In this document: piece after piece, positions 28,054-41,322 of the stretch
Position numbering within the stretch: the first letter of the stretch is position 1
Layout: every line of letters starts with the position of its first letter
Assembly (NCBI GenBank): GCA_013265495.1
Contig: MU057640.1
Span: 1,621,303 to 1,685,302 of the forward strand
DNA length: 64,000 nt
Reading direction: 5' to 3'
From: Vicugna vicugna
Lineage: Eukaryota
Notes under the pieces: model-generated
Seen by the model: only the letters and a program-made list of their open reading frames with translations
Told to the model about the DNA's origin: nothing
Databases searched by the model: none
Made by a program: the position numbers and the translations under genes

Positions 28054-28327
28054 GGGGGAAAGAAGGTGGGAAGGAATAAACTGGGAGTTCGAGATTTGCA
28101 GGCACTAACTACTATATGTAAAATAGATAAACAAGTTTCTTCTGTACAGCATAGGGAACTGCAGTCAATATCTTGTAGTAATCTATAATGAAAAAGAACA
28201 TGAAAACGAATATATGCATGCATAAGTATGACTGAAACATTATGCTGTACACCAGAAATTGACACCACATTGTAAACTGACTATGCTACAATTTAAAAAA
28301 TAAATCAGTGAGAATTTTTTTAAAAAA
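28054..28327 (+). mobile_element. Artiodactyl/camelid-type L1 3' end with TSD
   Basis: gtacagcatagggaact..gctgtacaccagaaattgacac..gtaaactgactat; flanked by gtaccagca at 28045-28053 and 28328-28336. Confidence 0.85.
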
Positions 28328-30194
28328 GTACCAGCAAAACCAGCCTTTCACTGGAGAAATGGGTGGAGAGCTGCTATCATCCGCGTAGCACAGTGTTTAA
28401 AACAAATTTTAAGTTGAACTAACAGGGTAATGGTCATAGCCACTTTATTATATGTAAACAGGCTTTCTGGCATTCCAACAATAAAATACATTCTACGCAC
28501 GCAGCCAAAACATGACTCCAACTTATCCAGTCTCAACAGATGACTGCAGCAGACAGTTCCGCAACTCAGGAGCTGCTGTAGTATCTGCTAATATGTACAA
28601 GAAGAAATTCTGTAACAGGAACTCAACATCTTGGCTCCTGCTCAGAGTCCTAATATCTGTCTTGTGGGCTTGTTATAAAGATTAGCAATAATGTGACAGG
28701 AAGTGCCTGGCACCCTGGGTGCTCAATAAATGGTAGCCAATGTAAATTTTATTACTAAGCAGCAACAAAATCAAAAGGCTGAAACTACCATGACGCAACT
28801 GAAACCAAACGGTTCCTTTTCAACCAAGAAGCTGAGAAAACAACTAGATAAAGGACACAGTCTGAGCCTTAGGACAGGGAGGAAATCAGGAAAACTGCAG
28901 GGTAATCGGGTTACCACCCAAGAATGAATGTCAATGAGCCCGCTCCTCTGGGGCAAATAAACATACAAAATGAGAAACCGACCCCATCCTCAAAGAATTC
29001 ACATCCACCCCGAGGAGAAATCACAGGATGCATGCCCTCCTTGACCCCAGATCCTACGAAGGCAAAACCCACGACATTACACGGCCACACAACGCAGGCA
29101 CTCTAAAAATCTGGGAAACGATTGTGACACTGAAGTGTTATCGGACTCCAAGGTTTCCCAGCCTGGCTTCACAGTCTGCTCAATCTGAACATTCCAGCCG
29201 AGACTCTGTGGACTTAAAACGCTGCCCAGGTGATTCTGAGACTCCAGGGAGACTGAGAACCACTCATCTCACTGAGCCCCATGAACTGTCTGAACCTGAA
29301 TGGCCTTTACAATGACCCCAATGATCCAGCCTATGTAGGCAGCTCTATCAGAAAAGTCCTTTCCGCTGCCCATTCAAATGCCTGCATTCACTCACTGCTC
29401 TCCTCTGTGGGGTCTGAGAAGACAAAGGTAACCTCTCCTCCTTCCCTGTGACTTTCAACTTCTGTGACAAGGGATGACATCCCTTCTGAGTCTTCTCCAG
29501 GTTAAACATCCTTGATGAATTATGTTTAATTACTAAACTGTAAGCTCTTTAAGTGTAAAACACAGTACAACAGCATTTGCAATGAGGGAGAAATCAAGGC
29601 GAGTTCTAACAATACGAGGAGGTGGGCCTTGAAGGATGAGAAAGATACAGAGAAAACCAGAGTTCAGGGGCTGGGACTGCATCAGAGCGGACAAGGGAGA
29701 TGAGATAATGGTAAGAAGCATGATATGCGGGGAAGGGGACAAGAGAGATGCAGCTACGAGTGAGGAACTTGGTAGATTTCACATACATTTTGAATTGAAC
29801 AGAACTAAATTCAAAAATGAACAAAGGCTGAAAGGAAGTCAGAATAGTTCGGAAGAGGAGAGCACAGAGATTCAGCACGTGAAGGCAGAGAGACAGTCCT
29901 GGAGAGGACAAAGAATCAGATAAACAGGAAAGGAGAGACCTAAGACAAAGGTCATAAAGCAGGCAGGAGAGGGTACGTTTGATGTACTGGAATCACTTAA
30001 ATTTCTCCAGAGCGACACAGGTACCTAAATGGTCCATTAGAAAGAATAATCAGACACGATGCCCGGAGACTGCGGGGGGCAAGAGTCAAGCTGGTCGGAA
30101 AGGAGCCCGCTACAGCCACTTAGGTATAAAGGTCAGGGGTCTGTTCTCAGATGGTGGCAATAAAACAAACAGGACAAGTTGAGACCAATCAATT

Positions 30195-30228
30195 CAAAAC
30201 AAAAACAAAAACAAAAACAAAAACAAAA
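30195..30228 (+). repeat. (CAAAA/CAAAAA)n simple repeat
   Basis: Direct reading. Confidence 0.9.
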
Positions 30229-30569
30229 AAAGGCAAGGCTTGGTCCTGACCAGACCAAAAGTAAAAGAAAGCAGAGGTGACTTCTTAGGGGTGTCTGAAA
30301 AATTCAAGAAAGAAACAGTCAGGCAGAGAGAGGCAGGACGACCATGCAACAGGGAGCAGAGCGTGCACTGGGGATTAGGGCCGGGGTGGCTTTGTTTACG
30401 AAAGCTTCAAAGCTCACTCCCTGCTCCACACACACACACAACAGGCGGTTTTTGCTATTTTCTCTGGTCCCAGCACAGGCTGCAGTTTCTGTGTCAGCAG
30501 ATGGGGCACGTCTGGTTTTGAATCTGAAATCTGTAACGTGACCAGCAAAGTTAAAGCACTTTGACAGAG

Positions 30570-30905
30570 CTAGGTGAAAAAAGTCAGGCACTAGTGACCA
30601 GATATCATATGATTCCATTTATATGAAATGTCCGGAAGAGACAAAGCTATAAAGATGGACAGTAGATTAGTGGTGGCCGAGGGCTGGGGGCAGGGAAGTG
30701 GGGTGGGGTTGGGTAGAAATGTGGAGTGACTGCAAAGGGGGCTGGTTGGAGTCTCTTCTAGGGTGATGAAGGTGCTCTAAACTGTTTACAGTGATGGATA
30801 CATTACTCTATGAATGTACTGAAAATTACTGACCTGTACACTTCAAGTGGGAGAACTGTATAGTAAGTGAATTATAACTCAATAAATGTTATTTTTTTTA
30901 AAAAA
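30570..30905 (+). mobile_element. L1 (L1MB-like) 3' end
   Basis: tatgattccatttatatgaaatgtcc, agtagattagtggtggccgagggctgggg, ctcaataaa. Confidence 0.85.
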
Positions 30906-32669
30906 AACCATTAGGAGCGCACAAATAAGTATCAGGACTTCAGAAGCTTAGAGAGCATCTCTCCAGTAAAAATTATTAGACTAGATTATTAGACTAGAGT
31001 TGAAATAAAATGCCATTAGGTGACTTGGAAATCCTACAAGATTTTAGCAAGTCTAAGTTATATTCCTTCCGGGGAGAAAATATTAGGCATGGAAAATACA
31101 GAGATTTAAATATACAGACCCCTTCCATATTAATTCTTACAACTGGTCTAAATTTTCTAATACGTACTTCGGAAGGAAAGACAAAGGCTTAGGTTTTATC
31201 AGACAATCGTGTCAAGTGAAACGTACTAGGTACCTATAGTTCAGTTTCTTAGATGTCGAAATAAAATAACGTACAGTAAGGCAATTCGGTGAAAGGCAAA
31301 AGATTACGCAACTTAACAATTATTGAGCCGATGGGTAAACTTCTTTCACAAATTTGAGGACCTGATAAAACCCCTAACATAGAGAGATGTCCTCTTGCTG
31401 GCGAGATACCAGGGAACTACCCAAATAACTTCTGCTTCCACAAAGTCTGCTCAAAAACAGAGTTCCTGTTCTCCTGACGCCCTGCTTCATTATTAAAGCC
31501 ATTACTGCTTTCTTTCCACCAAACACCTGGAGTACTTTTTAGACCAAGTTCCTAAAGGTTTTCAGCTATTTGCCAACGTTATATTCGCTACACGTGTCGG
31601 GCCCTCCAAGGCACCCTTAAAAAATGGTTTTACCATCTCTTTCTGGACCACATAACCTGCGGTGGGCACACACCGCCGATGCCAGCTGAATCCTGTGGCC
31701 TGCAGGTGCAACCAGGAGGGCCGTGGAGCAGGAGCAGTCGTCTTTCTGTTCAAACCGCCAAACAATCAGAAGACCCAGGAATCATCGTCATTATCTCCTG
31801 ACTGAAGACAGTCCTAAAGCAACATCTCACTGTTGGGAAGGTACCCATTACCAGCAAATACCGCTGTTTTCAAGGATAAAACTATTTCCTACGACTTCTT
31901 TTAATAGATCCAAAATACTGTTGATTGAAATATAAGACTGATGTTTTCAACATTTTTACTTGGCTCTTAAAACAAATTTTCATTCAGTGGATTCAAGTAT
32001 ATATTCAACATATTTCACCTGCTATAACAAATCTGTAAGCAATCAAAAAATCCCAGAATATGTAAACAGGCATGAATCCACAAACACAGAGAATGATCTC
32101 CCTAATAAATCTGGCCGATTAAACCTGATTTGTTAACTGATCCAAGTTATGGAAATAATAATGACCTTGAGAAAGGAAAGAGCCATCTTGTTTTCCTACT
32201 TGTAGTTAGTTTCCTAAACTTCCTCTCACATAAATAAAATCACTTTGGCCTGAAGCTACATTTATTAAGGGGCAAGTCTGGCACCACGTGCCTGGGTACC
32301 ACTCCAATGTCTCTACACAAAATGAAGCCCCCTGAGGCCGTGGGGGTACCAAAACACCACATCCTCCCAGAAGCTGCCTGGGAATCATAGAAGGGATCAA
32401 AGAGAAAGCTTTTCCACCTATTCAGAGAGAAAACCTTTGGAGGGCCAATGCCACCTCTCTACGATACACCCTGGCCTCTGAAGTATTTCAAGAGACAACA
32501 AAGCACAGAAGATGGTAACAAGTCCACTTTCCAGAAACAATACCACCACGACAGGACTTGACTTTAGAAGGTTTAACATTTGATCTCTAGAATTCTGAGC
32601 AGGGCAAATACTTTCCCCATTTCACACAGAGAAGAAAACTGAAGCTCATGCAGACTACCAGACCTGCCC

Positions 32670-33200
32670 CGCTGCCAACCTGACTTCCCCACCTGCACGT
32701 CCACTGGCATCACACACCCGGCACGCACCAAGCAGCTCGGCCCCCCACCTGAACCTGCTCCTCCAGTCTTCCCCATCTCAGGAAACAGTCCCGCAATTAT
32801 TCCAGCTGCTCAGGCCAAAAACCGTGGTGTCATCCTTGACTCCACTCTCTCACTGCACGTCATCCAGCGTTCAGTGAATCACGTCAGCCCCACTGGAGAC
32901 GCGTCCAGAATCCAGCCACTTCTCATCCCCTCCACTGCCGCTATCACCATGTCTCACCCAGGTTACTGCTAGGATCCTCCAGCATCTCCCTGCTTCCACC
33001 TTTGCCCCTACCCTTCACCCTGTTCTCTACACCACAGAGTTCTGTCCTTTAAAAATATGTCAGCTCCAAACCCTCTGTGCAAAACCCTCAGGTGGCTTCC
33101 CACCTCCCTCAGAGTTGTTAAGTGCTATGTTTCCAGGATGAGAACGGTGTCTGCCATCTAGAAGATGCTCAGTGAATACTGCTGATTCGTACGTGAAAGA
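32670..33200 (+). mobile_element. L2 fragment
   Basis: tccagctgctcaggccaaaaaccgtggtgtcatccttgactcc..tccagaatccagccacttctca. Confidence 0.8.
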
Positions 33201-35495
33201 ACAATGGCCAAAGTCACAGAGCCAGGACTACACCAATCTCCCAACAGTCTTCAATAAAAAGCAAGGCCAGATTATAACAGCCAATAATCCACCAGAGAAA
33301 ATTCTTGAATTTTACCCTGCATAACTGAATCTGATAATACAGAATTGACACTATGTTGAATTTCTAACAACAAATTAAAATGAAAATATAATTTTATATA
33401 GCCATGAAATCTCACACTATGTTAGCTGAATACTCTGCATTTGGCAGGATGGGCAACTTCCAGCTTATGATCACAGCACTGGCACGCGGATCCGCAGTGG
33501 GACTCTGCTGCAGGCAGCGACGTGATGTCACCAAATCTCAAAGTCTTGTGTGTACCACACACATGAATGACAAAGGCTCTGCAAACAGCTCGGAACTGAG
33601 CCCTAGAAGAGGGTGATAAGGATTTCTAAATCTCCCACGCTGGCACTACACCAATCATGCGAAACGGGAATTAAGTTTCTTGGGTGTTACAAATAACAGA
33701 AAGGTTAGCTTCAAAATCGTCTCCTGCCAAAATTACAAGGAAGAGTCTCATTTGAGCTAAAACGCTGATTATTTTCAGATCAGAGTGAAACGAGTGCTAA
33801 AATTATCCACATTATACAATTTTCTCAGTAAAATCATTGAGTTAGAAACAAAAACTCTACATTCCCCTTTCTCCAGTTCCTTCAAAAACATTTCTACTAT
33901 CTGCAAAAAAAGTCCCAAATCATAATAATCAATTTACAGAGTTTAAATAACTGGCCCTAAAGGAAACAATTCAACCCTCAGCTTTCCTATTACAAATGAA
34001 AAGATTACTTGGTATATAAAAAGTGAACAATGAAGACTTAAATGAATGAACAAATGAATGAAAAAGTGAATGAAGATTCAAAAGGGGGACACGACTCTTT
34101 TAAGATCTGACAATTAATGGGAAAATTCAGAATGAGCCAAAACTAGGTTTCTAGATTCTCTTGGAGCAGGCTTGGAAGTAGAGGAAACTAAGATTTGAAA
34201 GCCTTATCTGGGGCTTCATGAAAACCGTAAGCAAAATTCACTAAAGCCAGTTTCCTTTAGTCCTGTTACTTAGAAAAGCACTTGATAAAATAAATTTAGC
34301 CAAGACAGGTCTCCTTGGAAACCAAGAGGCAGAATTATCCGGTGTTTCTTTCTTCCTCTCCACAAAGAATATTTAATATGGGACTATTTTCATAATAAAC
34401 CACCACAGTTGTTTTGCATCAAAGTAAAACAGGAGGCCTTTGGCAAAAGAGAAAAATCCAACCAGAGAAGAGGAACAGGACACTGGGAAAAATGGCATCA
34501 ATCAGTAGAGGAATATCAGCCACATGAGGGCAGGAGCCCTGTATTCTTTCAGCACTAGAAGCAGCCACTAGCCCCTAGCGCACAGTGGGAGTCAGTAAAC
34601 ACTGATGAGATACACGAGTAAATTACTCCTTAGAAAGCCACCCAAGTAGACTTAATTCACTTGGTCACCATAAGACGACTCTATACTATAGCACTACTAA
34701 CATGCAAGCATAATACATTTTTCCTCCATAGAAATTCTACCAATTGTCCCCTGAATACACCCAACCAAAATTATGCCTATAGTTTTATTAAGAAGGTGAG
34801 CAAGTCTGTCTTGAGTAGCCTAAATAACTTACTAAAGCAGCCACTTATTACACTGTTCTGGCTCCAATCTCTCTCCTTCAAGTCAATCTTATACACCCCA
34901 GCCAGGTCAACTGTATGTTCTTTGCACATCCTAGAAAACAAAACAGTACTGTGGCTAAGTATTCCGTCTCTGTATGTGGCCCACTGCTATTCAACGGGCA
35001 GCTACAGCAAATCAGCAACTACTGGGTTGGAACAGGAAAGGCAGCAGAGTGTCAAGGAAAAAAATATCACAAGTGACAGTTCTTGTAATAACTGATCCCC
35101 TGAGATTACTGTCAGAGGCTTTCTTTAAAGACCTCCCTTTAGCACCACGACAGAACCGACACGGATGGTTGTAGGCATTTATACCCACTGAGGTACACGT
35201 CCCATCTTCAAGATCAATTCAAGGTCCATCGCCTTCTTGAAGCTTTCCCAATTCCCTGGACTAAGTATCTGTGGAAGCACTTTGTAAACCAGGAGCTACA
35301 GTTTGCGGCTACAGCTCTCACGCTACTAGTTTCACATACATCCTGCCATGTAAACCACTTTACCTCATTCTTCAGGTGGGTCTGGTCCCCTCAAAAGAAT
35401 CAAAACTTCTTTAGATTGTTTCTTCTATTGCCAACTTCTCTGTTACTTCCCCATCAACCAACACCTACAATAGCATAAGGTGAAAATAAGTGCCA

Positions 35496-36879
35496 TTCAA
35501 ACTTCCTGATTTCAACATGTATTACAAAGCTAAGGCAATCACAACAAGGTGGCACCGGCGTACAGACAAAGAGGTCACTGGAATAAAACAGAGCGCCCAG
35601 AAATAAACCATTGCATGTATGGTCAACTCGTCTTCAACAAGGACGTCAAGACCACTCAATGGGGAAAGGACAGTCTCTTCAACAACTAGTGCTGAGAAAA
35701 CGGGATATCCACACGCAAAAGAATGAAGTTCAATCTTTACACCATACATAAAAATGAACTCAAAATGGGTTAAAGAACTACTTGTAAGAACTAAAACTAT
35801 AAAACTTCTAAAAGAAAACGTAAGGGGAAGTTTCATGACACTGGTCTTAGGAATGATTTCTTGGATATGACTCCAAAAGCACAGGCAACAAAAGCAAAAA
35901 TAGACAACTGGAATTATATCAAAATTTAAAACTTTCATGGATCAAAGGACACAATCAAAAGAGAGAAAAGGCAACCTACAAAACAGGAGAAAACATCTGC
36001 AAATCATGTATCTGATAAGGGGCTAATATCCAGAATATACAAAGAGCTCCTGCAACTCAACAACAAAAAATCAAATAACCTAACTGAAAAATGAGCAGAC
36101 TTCAAAAGACATTTCTCCAAAGATGATATACAAATGTCCAAATATATGAAAAGACACTCAATATAACTTATCAACAGAGAAATGCAAATCCAAACCACAA
36201 TGAGATACCACCTCACACCCATCAGAATGGCCGCTATCAAAAAACAAAATAACAAGGGTTGGCAAGGATGTGAAATTAACACTTGTACACAGCTGCTGGG
36301 AATGTAAAACGATGCAACTGCTATGAAACACAGCATGGTGGTTACTCAAAAAAATTAAAATAGAACTACCATATGATACAGAAGTCCCACTTCTGAGTCT
36401 ATATCCACAGAAATTGAAAGCAGGGTCTCAAAGAGGTATCTGTAAAGCCAGGTTCATAGCAGCACTATTCATAATAGCTAAGAGGCAGAAGCAACCCAAA
36501 TGTCCATCTGTGGATCAACAGATAAACAAAATGTGATACACACATACAATGCACTGTTACTCAGCTGTAAAAGGGAAGGAAATACTGTGACGTGCCAACA
36601 TCTGTGAACCTTGAGGACATTATGCTAAGTGAAATAAGGCAGTCACAAAAAGACAAATACAGCATGATTTACAAGTAGAAATAATAAAACAAAGTAGAAT
36701 GGCGATTGCCAGGGAAAAGAGGCGGATTGCTTAGTGGATATAGTTTCAGATTTACAAGATGAAAATATTCTAGACTTCTGTTTCACAACAATAGGAATAT
36801 ACTAAACACTACTGAACTGTACACTTACAAATGGTTAAGACTGTAAATTTTATGCTTTCTGTTTTTCACCCCAATAAAA
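35496..36879 (+). mobile_element. L1 (L1MA/MB-like), 5'-truncated 1.4 kb, with TSD
   Basis: ORF2 C-terminal motifs (LPDF..YYKA; gaaatgcaaatccaaaccacaatgagataccacctcacaccc) plus 3' UTR; flanks aaaataagtgcca (35483-35495) and aaattaagtgcca (36880-36892). Confidence 0.92.
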
Positions 36880-39800
36880 AAATTAAGTGCCAACATGCAA
36901 ACACCAAATTGGATTCACATGTTCTACCTCCACTGCAGGAGTCTAAGCAGCCTGACCCTTTTAGCAGTTGGCAGTCATTTCCAAATTTCTTCCAAGCTGT
37001 CTTTTCTAATCAATGGGACTGTACACATGATCGAAGGCTTTCCCTTTATCCAACCAAAATGAAGTTTCTACAAACCCTAGTCGGCTGCTTTCTGGTTTAA
37101 GCCCACTACTCGTTTACCTTATTGTCCCACAAAAATCCAAAAGATTCACCTACTGAATTTCTTCAAACCACCCATCCACGTGTTATCCAGCCGCTCCCCC
37201 AAAGAAATGCTCCAGAGATCACTGCTTCTCCACCCTCCCCCACCCAGGCAGCTGCTGACCCAAACCGCTGAAGATTCCTACTATACAACGCTACCTTGAA
37301 AACGGTCTTCGGACCAATCCCACCAAAAGCAATTATTAGGCTGAGGTTCTTGAACTTTTCATAAGCCTTTTCTGTGACTCCTGTAGCTCTTAACCTATCA
37401 CGTGGCTATTGAAAAATTATTCTGTCATGCAATTACTACTATATCTTATTTCCTATTACAAAGGATCAGCACTAGGATCTTAATTTAAAAAATTAAATAA
37501 AGTGACACTGAGACTTTGGGAAGAATCAGAGAGGCATTTCTCAAACTGGAAGAGATGAGGGTTAGGAAGCACATTCAGTTTCAAGCCTCCTAACAGGATT
37601 CCCAAGGGCACATTCTAAGCCAGAAGGCAAACCCCACTCCAAAAATATATACACACAGAGTGCACTCTCGTTATCCATGAAATTCCAGCTACTTAGAAAT
37701 TAGACTCCGGCAAAATACATTGGCAGAGCCCCTGAGATCTTTGTACGATTAGGGAAAAGGGAAGAGTTAAATCAAATACACACTAACCCTCATTTCAAGA
37801 GTAAGAATATTTGTTTTTGAAGTCCTTGAAAGAAAAAGGAATATGGTTCCCATAAGTCACAAACTAACATTTCTTGAAAAAATATGGGAAAATATTTCTT
37901 TCCATTTTTTTCCCCTGAGCATACACAGGTGAAGCAAGGAATGAGTTAGTCAAATTGGGTGGAAATTTTAGAACATTCTATCAATGCATAATTACTTATC
38001 TTACAGGTATCTCCTTACAAGTGGCCTCTCTTCCTGAGGGCATGAGATACCACCGTTCAGTTATCAGCTGCATCTCTGAAAGCATCAAAAAAGTGAAAAG
38101 AAACTTAAAAAAACAAATTGCCAATCAATTCCGGGAACTAAAACTGTTAAAGAAAATGCCAGGAGCTCACAACATATCAAACCAGAATTCCTATCTAGGC
38201 AAATAATTGAGAATATGAAGAAAAATGAATTAGAAAAAGATCATACAGGAGCCAACGGAAATAAGGCCGATTGCAGCTGTCTTGAGTATAGGAATGTGGG
38301 CATTCAGCACACAGCCCTTTGCTTTTGATTTCTTAATAGCTTTATTCTGAGAAGTTTAGAAGTTCTAAAAGGAAGCAAGACGCTGAACCACAAAAATCAA
38401 TCAATGACAACACTTGTAGCTTTGGTAAAAGGCTTTCTGGAAAAAAAAGAGATGGGGGGGCGGAGACGGAAAGGGAGAGAGAGAGAAGAAGAAGAACCAA
38501 AATTCACTCTGCTGCTCTGAAATTGATTTAACCTGGACCTGCTCTGGGAGTGGGAGAGGAAAACAGGAATCCAGGGGCCGCCACGGTGGGATGGCCAGTC
38601 TGCTCAAGCTGGCTCTGAGTGACCCTCTGTTTGTGCAAATCAGTACCTCTCTTTCCAGGACATTCACCAACAAGCATCCTCGTGCCTTTCCCAAACTGAA
38701 AAAAGGGAAATCTAACTATGTAATTGACTGTTTCCCACAATTTAAAGTTAGGCATGCTACAATCCTAATTAGAGGGAGAACCTAGTGCAACATGACAAGT
38801 AACAAACTAGAAATCCAAAGGCTGAAAATTCTCATCCCAGACCTCTAGAAGCAAAGAGAAACAGCTTCACCCCACGCCGTGGCGCACCACACAAGGCACT
38901 GCTGTTGACTGAAGTCCAACAAAAGAAGGCCCTGACATTCCACTGGGTCGTTTTGGTGCCATCTCTCTAGATCTTCAAGAAAACACGCATGTTCTCTTTT
39001 GCAACCGGGTTACCTCATTCCTCCCCAGCCACAGTAAAAGGAGAAAATGGAAGGACCAGCCCCTCCCTCAAAAGATATACCCGACAGATTTTCCTACCTC
39101 GTGATCACAACCCAATCACACTCATGTTACTCAACCCTCACTCGAATCACCTGCGTTTCAGAGAGCCAAAGAAAACGGATTCCTTGTTTCTATGACTCAC
39201 TCCAGAGCTCACCAAAAACCAACCAAAAGAATAAATGAGCTGTCATCCAAGAATAATTAACTTTACATATATAAAACCTTTGGAAAACAAAATGCCATAA
39301 AAGTGTGTGGGCTTTGTTTTGCTTTTGTTAATTAGCTAAGCATAGAAAAAACTAAAAACAAAAATCCAATGGAGCCAATTTATTACCCACACCGAAAAAG
39401 TAAAAGCACAGTGGAGAGAAGGTTGGACTGTCAATCTCAAGTGACAGTGACACTCGTATTTTAACCAGCACCGTAGGTGGGAAAGACACAAATTTTTGTG
39501 TGAGCACTGAAGGAATAACTTAATGCTCAACCCTCCCCAGGAAAGGTAGAGTCCCACACTCAAAGGGCAGTCACCCAACCAGCAGGGATGTTTCTTCTCT
39601 CCTGGCTCAGATCACCCCAGGGGAAGGTAGGGTGGTGATATATAAATCACTTGTGGTTTCAACAGGAAGCTCCTACAACTTCTTCCTGTTTTATGGGCAA
39701 TTACCCCTCCACCGGACCATCCTCCCCAGCCCCTACCCCCACCCCCTGGTAACCCAGAAACATAGCTGAGAGAGGAGGTCTAAAGTTGCCACCATTCCAG

Positions 39801-40249
39801 AAACAAGGAAGGCACACCACTTTCTTTGACAAATGAAAAACGAGTTTAAGATGGGAAGAAAACGGTCAACTACAACAAATTAAGTTTGGCTTCTCTAAAG
39901 AGCATACAAAGTATATACTATGCTCTGAATTAGCCAATATTCCTTTAAAAAAAAAAAAGACCACAGGCTTTCCATGTAAATACTTAAACTCATAATTTCT
40001 TTTTCCATAACTTTGTAATTTGAGTAACTCTAAAGCTTAGTTACCAAACACTACATCAATGTGGTTTTCATAACTTTTCAACTTTCATGTACATTTCAAG
40101 TTTTGCTTCTTCTCATTTTAGGCATTTAATAAATACTGAACACTTGACTGGGGCGGGGGTAGTAAATAAACTTTAACCTAACAGACTCTTAGTTAGGAAA
40201 AAAAAAAACAGGAAGCAAAGGAGTTCAGTTAAATTGGAAAACCTGCCTT

Positions 40250-40610
40250 CCAAACAGTGACTAGTACTTCTACAACCTTCAAAAAAAGCACTTCAACTTT
40301 CTGGGCTTCAGTTTCCCCATCTGTGAAATGGGGAAGAAGAGCCAAACGATTTATGCTCAAAATCCCTTCTAACTTCAACAATCTATGAATCCCTTCATCA
40401 GAAAGTAGGAAAGTGCAATTACAAGTAAGACTTTATGGTTTACAAAGCACTTCCATAGATACATTCTCAATAATTTTTGCAACAGAGCTGTGAACCAAGT
40501 ATTATGCCCATCAGTGCAGAATCACACTTTTCAGAAAGATAGCTCAGAAAGAGGTTTGATTATTTTTTTAAGATCTCATAGCAGGAAAATTTAAAACCCA
40601 GACCTTCCAA
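40250..40610. mobile_element. Two MIRs in opposite orientations (+ 40250-40390, - 40425-40610)
   Basis: tctgggcttcagtttccccatctgtgaaatggg; actttatggtttacaaagcacttcc. Confidence 0.65.
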
Positions 40611-40679
40611 GAACAAACACTGGGCCCCATTATTTCAAAAATTAATTTAAGTAAGTTAAAATTCAAAAATAATTGCCTA

Positions 40680-40758
40680 TTAATTATTTATAATAGCCAA
40701 AACATGGAAGCAACTTAAATGCCCATGAAGAGATGAAGGGATAAAGAAGAAGATGTAT

Positions 40759-40789
<31 letters not shown>

Positions 40790-41322
40790 CACAGTGGAAC
40801 ATGAAGCAATACTTGGTGGAACTGAATACTACTCAGCCATGAAAAAGAATGAAATAATGCCATTTACAGCAACATGGATGGAACAAGAGATTATCATACC
40901 AAAGCAAAATAAGTCAGACAGAGAAAGACAAATATCATATGACATCATTTATATGTGGAATCTAAAATATGATACAAATGAACTTATTTACAAAACAGAA
41001 ACCGACTCACAGACACAGAAAGCAAGCTTATGGTGACCAAAGGGGAAAGGGGGGGAGGGATAAATTAGGAGTTTGGAATTAGCAGATACATAGTACTATA
41101 TATATAAAATAGATAAACAAGGACATACTATATAGCACAGGGAACTATATTCAATATCTTGTAATAACCTATAATGGAAAAGAACTTGGAAAAGCATATA
41201 TATATACACACACACACATATACACACACACACATATATATAAAACTGAATCACCTTGCTGTACACCTGAAACTAACACAAGATTGCCAATCAACTACAC
41301 TTCAATTTAATAAATTTTTTTT
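40680..41322 (+). mobile_element. Artiodactyl-type L1 3' end with internal (CA)n/(TA)n repeats
   Basis: actcagccatgaaaaagaatgaaataatgccatttacagcaacatggatgg..tcaactacacttcaat; possible TSD taattgcct (40670-40678 / 41323-41331). Confidence 0.9.

Noticed and set aside
35522..36349. Minus-strand ORFs of 138, 110 and 63 aa
   Set aside because: Antisense readings of an L1 remnant.
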